This document shows, in pieces, positions 32,041 to 42,724 of a DNA stretch of 64,000 bases (position 1 is its first letter; each line of letters begins with the position of its first letter). Origin of the DNA: Porphyridium purpureum (taxonomy: Eukaryota); assembly GCA_008690995.1 (NCBI GenBank), contig VRMN01000003.1, positions 682,001 to 746,000 of the forward strand. The letters run 5' to 3'. The notes below the pieces were generated by a model. It did no database searches. It worked only from the letters and a program-made list of their open reading frames with translations, and was not told where the DNA came from. The position numbers and the translations under genes were made by a program.

Positions 32041-32603
32041 GTATATATGTCAGGTCCCTTGCTCTCCTGATTGAACTTCAAATTTGGACTAGCTTCCCTG
32101 CCGTAAACGCGCAGTGCAGCACGAACTAGACAGGCGATATTAAAATTCCGAAGCTCAAAGATGATGTAAATTTTCGCGACACCTTCATTACGCCTACCTT
32201 TGTAATCTTGGAAGCGTTCGCATTGATTTAATCACGTACAGATGCATTTAAAGCATAGAAGTAGTACAAACTGACGCGCATAGAGCACCCAACTTCGGTC
32301 GCATCGGCTCTCACGCGTTGTCCGACGTCCGATGGCCCTGAAAACGTTTTTTACCCTAATATGAAGGGCCAATTTTGCGTCGCATGGTGTCCTACTGAGT
32401 CTCTTCATGAGCTCCGCTGGATGCGCGCCCGTCCGCTTCTTTTGCATTTCCGACATTCGAGCCGTAAAGCTTCCGCGTACTGTCCCCGATCCGTTTTTGT
32501 CGCACGTTCTGTGGGCCACGTCTCGTTCCGCCCTAACCCAAATGACCCCCACGGTGCGCTGACGTCTTACTCATTACATTGCAATGCGACATTGCAAAAG
32601 TGA

Positions 32604-32638
32604 TTTGAAAAATTTTTCGCACTTTTCAAATTTTTGAA
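32604..32638. promoter_or_regulatory. TTTGAA/TTCAAA (CHR-like) cluster upstream of alpha-tubulin
   Basis: TTTGAA at 32604, TTCAAA at 32625 and TTTGAA at 32633. Confidence 0.4.
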
Positions 32639-32856
32639 AAAGCAGCGCGTGCGGCAAGCGCGCGTTTTTGAGACGTTCCGAATTAGCTCATAAAAAGGCG
32701 TTCGCGGCGTAGCGTCTCATCCGGGTCGAGCGACTGAAGACGGCCCAACAGACGATTGGGAGCGAAGAGCGAGGGAGCGACAGAGTCGAAGGAGTGCTGC
32801 AGAACGCAAAGGGCAAGGGAACGAGGCGTGTGCTTGCGATCACTGGTAGCGCAACG

Positions 32857-34194
32857 ATGAGGCAGCTGGTCTCTCTTCACATTGGACAGTGCGGCGTGCA
32901 GACCGCAAACGCCTGCTGGGAACTCTATTGTCTCGAGCACGGGATCCGACCAGATGGCACAGTCGCTCCGGACAATGTAGCCGTGGGCCGCGATCAGGCC
33001 TTCTCGACCTTTTTCCAGGAGACTGGTCGTGGCAAGTTCACACCTCGTGCGGTCTTTGTCGACCTCGAGCCAACAGTTATGGATGAGGTGCGAACGGGTA
33101 AGTACAAGGACTTGTATCACCCTGAGCAGCTCATTTCCTCGAACGAAGATGCTGCGAATAATTATGCGCGCGGGCACTATACTGTTGGCAAGGAGATTGT
33201 GGACAAGACACTAGACCGCATTCGCCGCGTTGTTGATAACTGCGATGGACTGCAGGGCTTCTTGATCTTCAACTCTGTCGGCGGTGGCACGGGCTCCGGC
33301 TTAGGTTCTCTTTTGCTTGAACGTCTGTCTGTCGAGTATGGTAAGAAGAGCAAGCTCGCGTTCACTGTGTACCCATCTCCGCAGGTGTCGACCGCTGTAG
33401 TCGAGCCGTACAACTCAGTGCTGTCCACCCATGCCCTTCTGGAGCATACCGATGTGGCCGTCATGCTCGATAACGAGGCCATCTACGACATCTGCAAGAA
33501 TTCGCTGGGTATCCAGAGACCCTCTTACAGCAATCTGAACCGTCTCATTGCGCAGGTGATTTCATCCATCACCACATCGCTCCGCTTTGACGGTGCACTG
33601 AATGTGGATATCAATGAGTTCCAGACTAACTTGGTGCCGTACCCGCGCATCCATTTCATGCTTTCGTCGTACGCTCCCATTGTATCCAAGGAAAAGGCAT
33701 ACCACGAGAGCATGTCTGTGAACGAAATCACCGCAGCTGCGTTTGAGCCGTCAGCAATGATGGCCAAGTGTGATCCCCGCCTCGGCAAGTACATGGCGTG
33801 CTGTCTCATGTACCGAGGAGACGTGGTGCCTAAAGAAGTCAACCAGGCGGTGCAACATATCAAGGAGAAGAAGACTATTCAATTTGTAGACTGGTGCCCG
33901 ACAGGACTCAAGCTGGGTCTGAGCAACCAAAAACCGGCTGTGGTTCCAGGTGGTGACCTTGCAGACGTCAGCCGCGCAGTGTGCATGATTAGTAACAGCA
34001 CGGCAATCAGCGAGGTCTTCTCTAGAATTGACCATAAGTTTGACCTTATGTTCGCAAAGCGCGCTTTCGTGCACTGGATGGTCGGCGAGGGCATGGAAGA
34101 AGGCGAGTTTACAGAAGCGCGCGAGTCCACAGCCGCAATCTGCCAGGACTATATCGAAGTCGGAATGGATAGCGAACCAGCAGATGAGTACTAG
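32857..34194 (+). CDS. TUBA: Alpha-tubulin (divergent)
   Basis: [59 protein letters not shown], terminal EY. Confidence 0.97.
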   Translation: MRQLVSLHIGQCGVQTANACWELYCLEHGIRPDGTVAPDNVAVGRDQAFSTFFQETGRGKFTPRAVFVDLEPTVMDEVRTGKYKDLYHPEQLISSNEDAANNYARGHYTVGKEIVDKTLDRIRRVVDNCDGLQGFLIFNSVGGGTGSGLGSLLLERLSVEYGKKSKLAFTVYPSPQVSTAVVEPYNSVLSTHALLEHTDVAVMLDNEAIYDICKNSLGIQRPSYSNLNRLIAQVISSITTSLRFDGALNVDINEFQTNLVPYPRIHFMLSSYAPIVSKEKAYHESMSVNEITAAAFEPSAMMAKCDPRLGKYMACCLMYRGDVVPKEVNQAVQHIKEKKTIQFVDWCPTGLKLGLSNQKPAVVPGGDLADVSRAVCMISNSTAISEVFSRIDHKFDLMFAKRAFVHWMVGEGMEEGEFTEARESTAAICQDYIEVGMDSEPADEY

Positions 34195-34445
34195 ATCTTG
34201 AACCGGTATGAATCGTTCTCTCATGTGCTTTATCTGTTTGCATGGACACCGCGCTTACCTTGGGACTTGAAGGCTTGATCTTCGTTCTACGACAAAGCCG
34301 GTGTCCTTCTTTGTTGTGGTATTTCATCTGTGATATAAATGAGTTAGGCCTTTAATGGGGCGTTTCGGCTGCCGACTCCGAAGGCTTGCAACGGCAGGCT
34401 TGGATTCGGCTCAAGAGCACCAGGTTACAGCATCTTTACATGCCC

Positions 34446-36734
34446 CTAGTTGACAGATGATACTTCAAAAGATCCTTTGACACGGCCGACACGCTGGCCC
34501 GCGGACGAAAGGATATCATCAAAGTCAACCGTGTAGCGCGCATCCGCCAGGCTGCTGAACGTTTTCAGACTGCTGACTGGAAAAGAGCCGAGCCAAATCA
34601 CCCCTCTCGCGACTGGGTAAGGATTACTTTCCACCCCTACGCTACTGAGAGAAACTTGCACATACCTGCGTTTTGTTGCACGTAAAGATCGGTCATACAA
34701 ATCGACGCACGGTAGTTCTTCACTGCTCCAAGTTGGCGTATACGAACCAGACTTTGTGCGCAACACGAGCTTGCGTGTCTCCTTGAAAGCTTGCGAACTC
34801 ATTTCAATACAAAAGGAGCGCTGAATTTCTGTTTGCTGCGGTACGGAGTTCGGACGCGGCTCATAAGTGACTGCAAGGCTCTTGAATTTGAGCTGCAGCT
34901 TCCTCTGCGACTCATCAAAGAGTCCGAAAAACAAATCTCGAGACCGGAACTGGACGCCTGTCGTATGTATAAGGTCGGTTGAAAGGGTCTGAAAGACGGG
35001 TCGATGGTCACTGCCGAGTACATCAGCACAAGATCCGTACGCTAAAACCCGAAGTCGTGTGCCCTTCAGATTTAAATGCAGAACACGATCCGTCCACGAA
35101 GGTACCCGATTCTTGTCCGTTGTGTAAATATTTGCATCACGCGCCAGCTTATACGTGGGCGCAAACTTTATCGGAGGCTCCCGGAAGAGAGCAAACGCGT
35201 CGCCAGAACGTTGCGCTAGTTGCAACTGATCCCGCTCAAACATTGCATCCCAGTTCTGCTCAGCGATCCACTGGCTGCATTCATCCACAGACGCGCCGAG
35301 TCGATAATTCAAGTCACCCATCCAAACAATGTAGTGCGCCGGCGCAAATATGACGCCTTTTCGGCGCTCCATTTCTGTGACCAACTTCTGGCTTAACGCG
35401 GCAAAGTCTGCGTTCCGTCGGGATAGCTCAGAGGCATGCGCAGCAAGATGCGCATTGATTATTATGTACTCCGTATCGTAAACACAAAATCGCAAGGCAA
35501 TAGCGCCCTTGTTGCCCGCAAGTCCAGCAACGCCAACGTAAGAATCCAGGAATTCCACGTTGGTGATAACACTCATCAGCTCAGAGCGCGCGAAGACCAT
35601 GATGGCGCGGTCCCAGCTGGAAAAGAATCTGACCTTTAAGAAAGAGCTCGTGCGAAACAGGTCGCACACGGCACTTTCCCAGGCGGCGCGCTTGCCCACT
35701 TCCTGCAAGCCAAACACGACAATATCTAGCTTGTCCAACTCTGAAGGGAGCAAAGAATCCAAGCTCGCATAGTCAGGGAGCCCAGTTCCCACATTGTAAG
35801 TAACACAATGTAGCACCACGCTGCTACGACGGTCTTGGTGCAAGTACGAATGAATGAAGTTTAGGAACGCCCGCAGCGAATTTTTCGTGATGAATTCAAT
35901 CTCAAGGCAACTCTGATCGCTCTTGCCGTGATCCACACTTTCAGGGTTATGATGCAGCAATCGCAGCCGCCTTCCGCCATGTCCAAACACACCTTGCGCA
36001 TTGATGACGTCCTGTAGTCGAATAGAAACAACCGGACCAGGACTCTGCCTGCGGCGAAATGAGGCCGAAAGAGCCCTGTCCAGCAACGTACCATGCTGCA
36101 ACATGTGGGGTGGAACAGCCGCCTGTGGCAGCGAGTTGTCAGCAGCGATCCTGTCGGTCCGCGAATCCGCTCCCACGAGCCCACTTGTACATTCCATCTT
36201 GCCTATAGCGGTCTCTTGTGAGTCACTGGTTGTGGGCAAAGGGCCATCCTCAGGTCGAACTTCTACGTTACTTTTCTCAACGGGGTAGTTCCCGAAGGCT
36301 TCAAAAGATCTCTCTCGGTGGTGTTGTTGTCGATGCTGCTCTTGCTCTTGTCGTTGACCTTGATGGTCGTGATTCCGCTGCGTATTCTGTGCTGACGGTG
36401 AGGATGGGTGCGGGGGGTCTTCGCGGTGAATGGTGAGCATTTTTGAGGCCAACTCTACCCGAAGCACGTGATTGAGCACGTCCCGGTCGCGCTTGATTCG
36501 AAACTCAAGCACCATATCCGTGTGCTCCTTGGCGCCACGATGGGAAGCAAGTCCTGCATTGAGCAGGAGCATGCGTTCGCGCTCCTCCCGTTCATCGTCC
36601 GTTTCCCAGAATCGCCATCGTGTCACTCGCCCCGGCCCGGGCAGTCTTTTGCGAAGAATCCATCGAAGAAGCACAGAGACTGTGCCCAAAACTGCCGCAC
36701 CACCGAGAACGCGCACCGCCATCACAATCCCCAT
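34446..36734 (-). CDS. Inositol polyphosphate 5-phosphatase with N-terminal hydrophobic anchor
   Basis: VTYNV, GLQE, GNKGA, NAHLAA, WMGDLNYR, FAPTYK, PSWTDRVL, SDHRPV. Confidence 0.92.
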   Translation of the reverse strand: MGIVMAVRVLGGAAVLGTVSVLLRWILRKRLPGPGRVTRWRFWETDDEREERERMLLLNAGLASHRGAKEHTDMVLEFRIKRDRDVLNHVLRVELASKMLTIHREDPPHPSSPSAQNTQRNHDHQGQRQEQEQHRQQHHRERSFEAFGNYPVEKSNVEVRPEDGPLPTTSDSQETAIGKMECTSGLVGADSRTDRIAADNSLPQAAVPPHMLQHGTLLDRALSASFRRRQSPGPVVSIRLQDVINAQGVFGHGGRRLRLLHHNPESVDHGKSDQSCLEIEFITKNSLRAFLNFIHSYLHQDRRSSVVLHCVTYNVGTGLPDYASLDSLLPSELDKLDIVVFGLQEVGKRAAWESAVCDLFRTSSFLKVRFFSSWDRAIMVFARSELMSVITNVEFLDSYVGVAGLAGNKGAIALRFCVYDTEYIIINAHLAAHASELSRRNADFAALSQKLVTEMERRKGVIFAPAHYIVWMGDLNYRLGASVDECSQWIAEQNWDAMFERDQLQLAQRSGDAFALFREPPIKFAPTYKLARDANIYTTDKNRVPSWTDRVLHLNLKGTRLRVLAYGSCADVLGSDHRPVFQTLSTDLIHTTGVQFRSRDLFFGLFDESQRKLQLKFKSLAVTYEPRPNSVPQQTEIQRSFCIEMSSQAFKETRKLVLRTKSGSYTPTWSSEELPCVDLYDRSLRATKRRYVQVSLSSVGVESNPYPVARGVIWLGSFPVSSLKTFSSLADARYTVDFDDILSSAGQRVGRVKGSFEVSSVN

Positions 36735-37112
36735 CGCCGAGCCGAAGGGGGTGCAGGCAGCGTGGCACCGCGAAACGGCGGGAACCGTCGCGCGCTCGGT
36801 GCAGGCCGAGTCCCTCTCGCGCAAGATACAGAGATGCGTTTACGCAGGCGGATGCTTTCGAAGAGCATGAAGGCAGCGCGCGCGCACTCGCTCGCGCTGC
36901 GGGTAAGCTTATGTCCGTGTGCGCCGGTGGTAGTCACGCTGTGCCGAACGGTGAGTGCTTCCGATGAGCGCACGCTTCGCACTGTTCGACAACTGGACGC
37001 TGCTCAAGCTTACACGCCGCCGAGCTGTACCTCAAGACATCAGCACCGCTGTACACCCACCCCGGCACGTAGGAGCCCTCGCGAAGTGTGCGCGGTCGAG
37101 GTTCCGTCGTAG

Positions 37113-38414
<1,302 letters not shown>

Positions 38415-39350
38415 AGACGTGGCTGGTCTTGCGCATTTTCTTTGATGCCACAGTTCTCGTTCGAAGCGGGGGCGATTGCAGCCGGACTTTCGGAAGGGCA
38501 CTGATCCGAAGGTGACCTTTTGGAACATGTCATTAGCTTTCTTTAACCCGTTTGACGACGCCATGCAGCATATGGTTTCCCTTTGTTCTGAGTTGTTATC
38601 ATCGGGCGACGCCCAAAAGTCGGCGAGCAATCAATGAACATCATGGCACCACTTTTTATCGAGCAGTTGCACAAGGACCGAGTCGGTCCATATTTGGAAA
38701 GCAAGACTTGGCACACTCCGTAAAGGTTTTTTCTCTGCTTCGCTGGTCTTTGACGTGCCCGGCTCGACGGGCCACTATTTTACTACCGTAGAGTTTACTT
38801 TTGTCCGATCGTCGCTTCGTTCGTCCCCTTGCAAGGGAGTAAATGACTTTCCAGAGACCCATCAAGACTGAGGTCATGCGTGGGAGAGGTGGGCGACGCG
38901 CGTCCTCTCAAAATGTACCATGGATCTTACCGCTCGCCCAAGTCCATCGCTTTGAGAGCACCGGTATTGCGGCTTCGCCACGGATATTCTGTTCAATGCT
39001 GAAAGTAGGTCTCGGAGCATTGGGACGCCGCCTGCAGTTTGAAGTTTCAGTCTCTGGCAGGGCCGTCCTGCAACGTGACTTCCAGTGAATAGGTTTTGAC
39101 GCAACTGTTCATTCTGTTCACCATGACCGATCGCCTGCAGTGGCATGACACCATCTTCAATTTCCCGTGTCATTCTTCACAAAATAAATGAAGTCTACAC
39201 TTGCGCTCGTGAAAGTTTGTTTAGCAGGCGCTAAGTGATCGGCTCGGGTTCGTTGTCTGCGTCCGCACGTGCATGATTACCAGGGAGAGAATTGTGGGCG
39301 GTGTATTGATTCTGTAGACGTTCATTGAATGCGATCGTAATCGCGACGCC

Positions 39351-39934
39351 ATGAAACTGGTGCGGTTTTTGATGAAGTTGAAAAGCGAAACTGTCACGGT
39401 GGAACTGAAAAATGGCACTAAAGTGCACGGCACGGTGATTCGTATGTTGGCTTTCATCTTTAGAAGAGAGTTTGAGATCTTTCGCTTCTCAAGGTGATGA
39501 GTGGCAGCTAACCATAGTCTTCTCGCTTTCGTACGTCCCACGTGCTCTTTCCTTCAACGTGTTCCGTCATGTGATTTGAACATGTCGCGATTGCGACCTG
39601 TGGTTGCTTCCATATCTTTGCGGGGTTGATTGTCATGCGCATGTACACAGTGGTGGACTATTCAATGAATATCCACATGAGAGGGGTGAAAATGACCTAC
39701 AAGGGCCAGAACCCAGTCCATGTAGACTTCATGTCAGTGCGCGGAAGCACAGTAAGATACGTGATACTTCCGGACAGTCTGAACCTGGACGCATTGCTCA
39801 TCGATTACTCAATGCGGCCTCGTGGTGGAGCTGGCGTATCAGGAAAGCAAGGTTCTCGGAGGTTGGCAGGGTCTCGCGGCCGCGGGCAAGGGCGAGGGGG
39901 TCGGAGCTTGTCAGGGCGCGGAATGCGAGGCTAG
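39351..39934 (+). CDS. SNRPD1: Small nuclear ribonucleoprotein Sm D1, two exons (39351-39441 and 39651-39934)
   Basis: Exon 1 [30 protein letters not shown] (absent from the ORF track) joins in frame to VDYSMNIHM...[22 protein letters not shown] and an RG-rich tail. Confidence 0.93.
39442..39650 (+). other. Spliceosomal intron of SmD1 (209 nt)
   Basis: GTATGT donor at 39442 and CAG acceptor ending at 39650; removal restores the Sm1 motif. Confidence 0.88.
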
Positions 39935-40278
39935 GCCAGTCATTTTGGTTGCATCTGTTTGGGAAATGGCCATGCGCTGATGTCGTTGAGATAAAACTTT
40001 TAAAAAGAACAAAATAGAACACGTTCATGCTTTAGAGGCCCTTAACTTCACAGCGAAGCCCCATCGCAAACTACGGAATTCAAGCGCCGCCACAGTTCTA
40101 TCGCTGGACTATCGAACTGAAGTAAGCACAGCCCATCAGCAAAATGAACACGCAATCAGGTGGATACGTGTTCTCATGCAAGGCGGACACACTTCCTACG
40201 CGATGAGTTCTCGCTGGCACACCTTTCTAATCTCCAAAGTAAACGGGTGAAAGATCCTTGGACCACCAACCCACTTGC

Positions 40279-40836
40279 TTATTTGGAAATCATTGTCATT
40301 GGTCGCTTTGCCTTGAAGACGCCGCGGTGCTTTTTGAGGTATGCGCGCTTCACGCGGTGCGGAAGCGGGAAGCGGATCGAATCAGCGTCATGCATCTGAG
40401 TGATGTGCTCTCTCCTGCAGTCCTCGTCTTTCACTTCCTCGGCCTTAAGCACCTGAATGGAGCTCCACCGAGCGCGATGGTTGCCGCTCATTTCCATGTA
40501 CATTTGCTCGACCGCTCGGGAAATCTTCGTGTCCCGGTACTCTCTGTACATGTTCACGGTGTCAGAGCGCGACTTGTAGCGGATCCACACCCCGTAATTC
40601 TTAATCGTGAGCGGGTCCTTCTCGAAGATTTCGTACACGCCCAGCACCTCGCCGGAGGCCTTCTTCATCTTCTTTAGCTGGCGCAAGTAGTACCAATACC
40701 TCGACTTGGCAACCACCTGATTCGGGGCAAAGATCTTCATGCGATAGACCGGCTGCTCCGGCTCTGTCTCGGTCGGCTTTTTGCGGCCCACCACGACGTA
40801 CTCGTGGAGCCACTGCTTGTTCATCAGGTTCGCCAT
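40279..40836 (-). CDS. RPL18A: 60S ribosomal protein eL20 (L18a)
   Basis: YRMKIFAPNQVVAKSRYWY, KMKKASGE, KNYGVWIRYKSRS, NMYREYRD, HRAR, RFPLPHR. Confidence 0.96.
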   Translation of the reverse strand: MANLMNKQWLHEYVVVGRKKPTETEPEQPVYRMKIFAPNQVVAKSRYWYYLRQLKKMKKASGEVLGVYEIFEKDPLTIKNYGVWIRYKSRSDTVNMYREYRDTKISRAVEQMYMEMSGNHRARWSSIQVLKAEEVKDEDCRREHITQMHDADSIRFPLPHRVKRAYLKKHRGVFKAKRPMTMISK

Positions 40837-41182
40837 CTCGTTGCGCCGGGTTTGTTCCTCGGATGCTCTCACGCCGGCGCACGTCTCTCTTCCCTCTCCC
40901 CGCCGCGCCGCTGAAGTCCACTCTTAAGCTTGTTGACTAAGCCAATGCATCACGTCCATATTAAAATTGAGCGTTTTCAGCACAAACCGACCCAGACGTC
41001 CCCGGCGACGGGCCCAGGCCGCAGAGTACACCCGCAATATGAAGCGCTGTACACACTGCAAAGGTTAGATTGAGGGTTTGGTTTAGTTAGAACGAGGGTC
41101 CATCTTCTACATGTTTGTACATGATGGAGCTAGCGTGGGCAGCTCAGGTGGCGAGAGGCGTTTGGGCGCGACACGCTCGGCA

Positions 41183-41455
41183 ATGGACGCGAAAGAGCGC
41201 CAGCGGCGCGCGATGGAACTGCATCTGGAGTCGCGGCGTCGCGGTAATCGCAAGGTGGTGGCGGGGGTATCTCTCTTCGGTCTGGTAATGTTCTCGTTTC
41301 CTTATTGGTACTCGCAGTGGAAACCGCAGCGCGACATGAATGCACCACTGCGCCCGCATGAAGTGCGTCGTGGACCTTTTAACAATTCGGGTTCCAAGGA
41401 CATTGGCGCCGATCCCGCGTTTCTGCAGCGAGAAGGAAGGTCTCCGGACCGATGA
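41183..41455 (+). CDS. Small single-pass membrane protein (90 aa)
   Basis: TM VVAGVSLFGLVMFSFPYW followed by PL..RRGPFNNSGSKDIGAD, which resembles a C-terminal motif of small uncharacterised plant proteins (from memory, unverified). Confidence 0.7.
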   Translation: MDAKERQRRAMELHLESRRRGNRKVVAGVSLFGLVMFSFPYWYSQWKPQRDMNAPLRPHEVRRGPFNNSGSKDIGADPAFLQREGRSPDR

Positions 41456-42724
41456 ATCGAGTCGGCTTCTCCAGCCGCGGTTCGTGAAGCACATCTGAGC
41501 GACGTGGGGTCGAGCTCGATCATGCCACTCTGCAAGGAAGAGAGAAGGCAACAAATTGGGACTATTCTTCTGGTCGCAGTTATGTTTTGGTATGTTTTCT
41601 CACTCGTAAAGTCTTGTGGAGTATATCATTCGTTGGCCTTCTCTCTTCTTCCTGTGCGGCTCTTCTCGCTGTGGCAGCGTGTCGAGGAAGCGACATCAGG
41701 ACAGCGAATTGTTCGCCACATTCGAGGGCGATCAGACAGCCGGCGACGACATGACGGTCCCCAACTGAATAAACTTCTGTTCGGAGAATAGCCAGGTCGG
41801 AAACTGCGTCCCTGTGATTCCGGTGCTCTTCCGGACTGGAATGGGGCTTAAACAAGTTGCCGTCCAGGAACCGAACTGTTCAAATACTGTAGACATGGAC
41901 CGCCAAGAGTGTGGCGAAATTTGCAGTGGGCCAGCGCGGTAGTGGGCGCGCAAACAGAGGCGGGGGCAAACGAAGTCATCAAACCAGACATCTTTCACTC
42001 CTGGAACGGTACCCGTGCATAGCCGAATGGGAGAGAGCGCAGGTGATAAGGGATTGAGAGAAACACGTTTGCCAGCTTGTTAGAATGACTGACAAGCTCC
42101 ACTTGTGCCTGATGTATTTTACTCTATGACAATCGTCGCGCGGTGCCGAACAACAAGCGCGTAAATGTCACTAGCGGCGCGGTGCAAGTTGTTCGGAGCG
42201 GCGGCAAAAAGATAATCCCATGAGACAGCTTCTGCATTCAAATAGTAGAGTCGCCCTTCCCCCCGCTCAGCACCAGTGGCCGAAAGTCCTTGACATCCTG
42301 TTCAGCAAGCTTGCTCCGATGTTGGCGAGGCTTTGGGAACGCACCCTGGCGTGCTAAATTTAGTGATGGCCGAACTGTACTTTTCGGCTGTCCCCTCTCA
42401 ACAACTTGATTTTGAAACGAACGGAAGGCAAGTGAATTTAACCCATAAATTCACAGTACCCCGCCATTAAGCGGTGGACAGTACCCAAATTGAAATGTCT
42501 ATCAAAAGGACACCGTTTTGAAGGTGTCTTGAAACCACACGTGGTCGTGTCCGCCAGGACACGCGCATAACAGCTTCAAAAGCGAGGCCGGAACCGTGGC
42601 CGACTGGATTAGATGGTAAGAGCGCTGGCGTAGGAAAAGTTCAGAGTCTGGACGGAGCGGAGGCCGAAGGGATAGGGAACCAAAACACTCGGTGAGTGGT
42701 TGCGCGATAGGGAACTCCAGAAGT

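Noticed and set aside
38420..39340. Short ORFs between KRR1 and SmD1
   Set aside because: No motif found in the frames I translated.
39494..39650. Box C (GTGATGA) in the SmD1 intron suggesting an intronic C/D snoRNA
   Set aside because: No canonical box D (CTGA) downstream within the intron.
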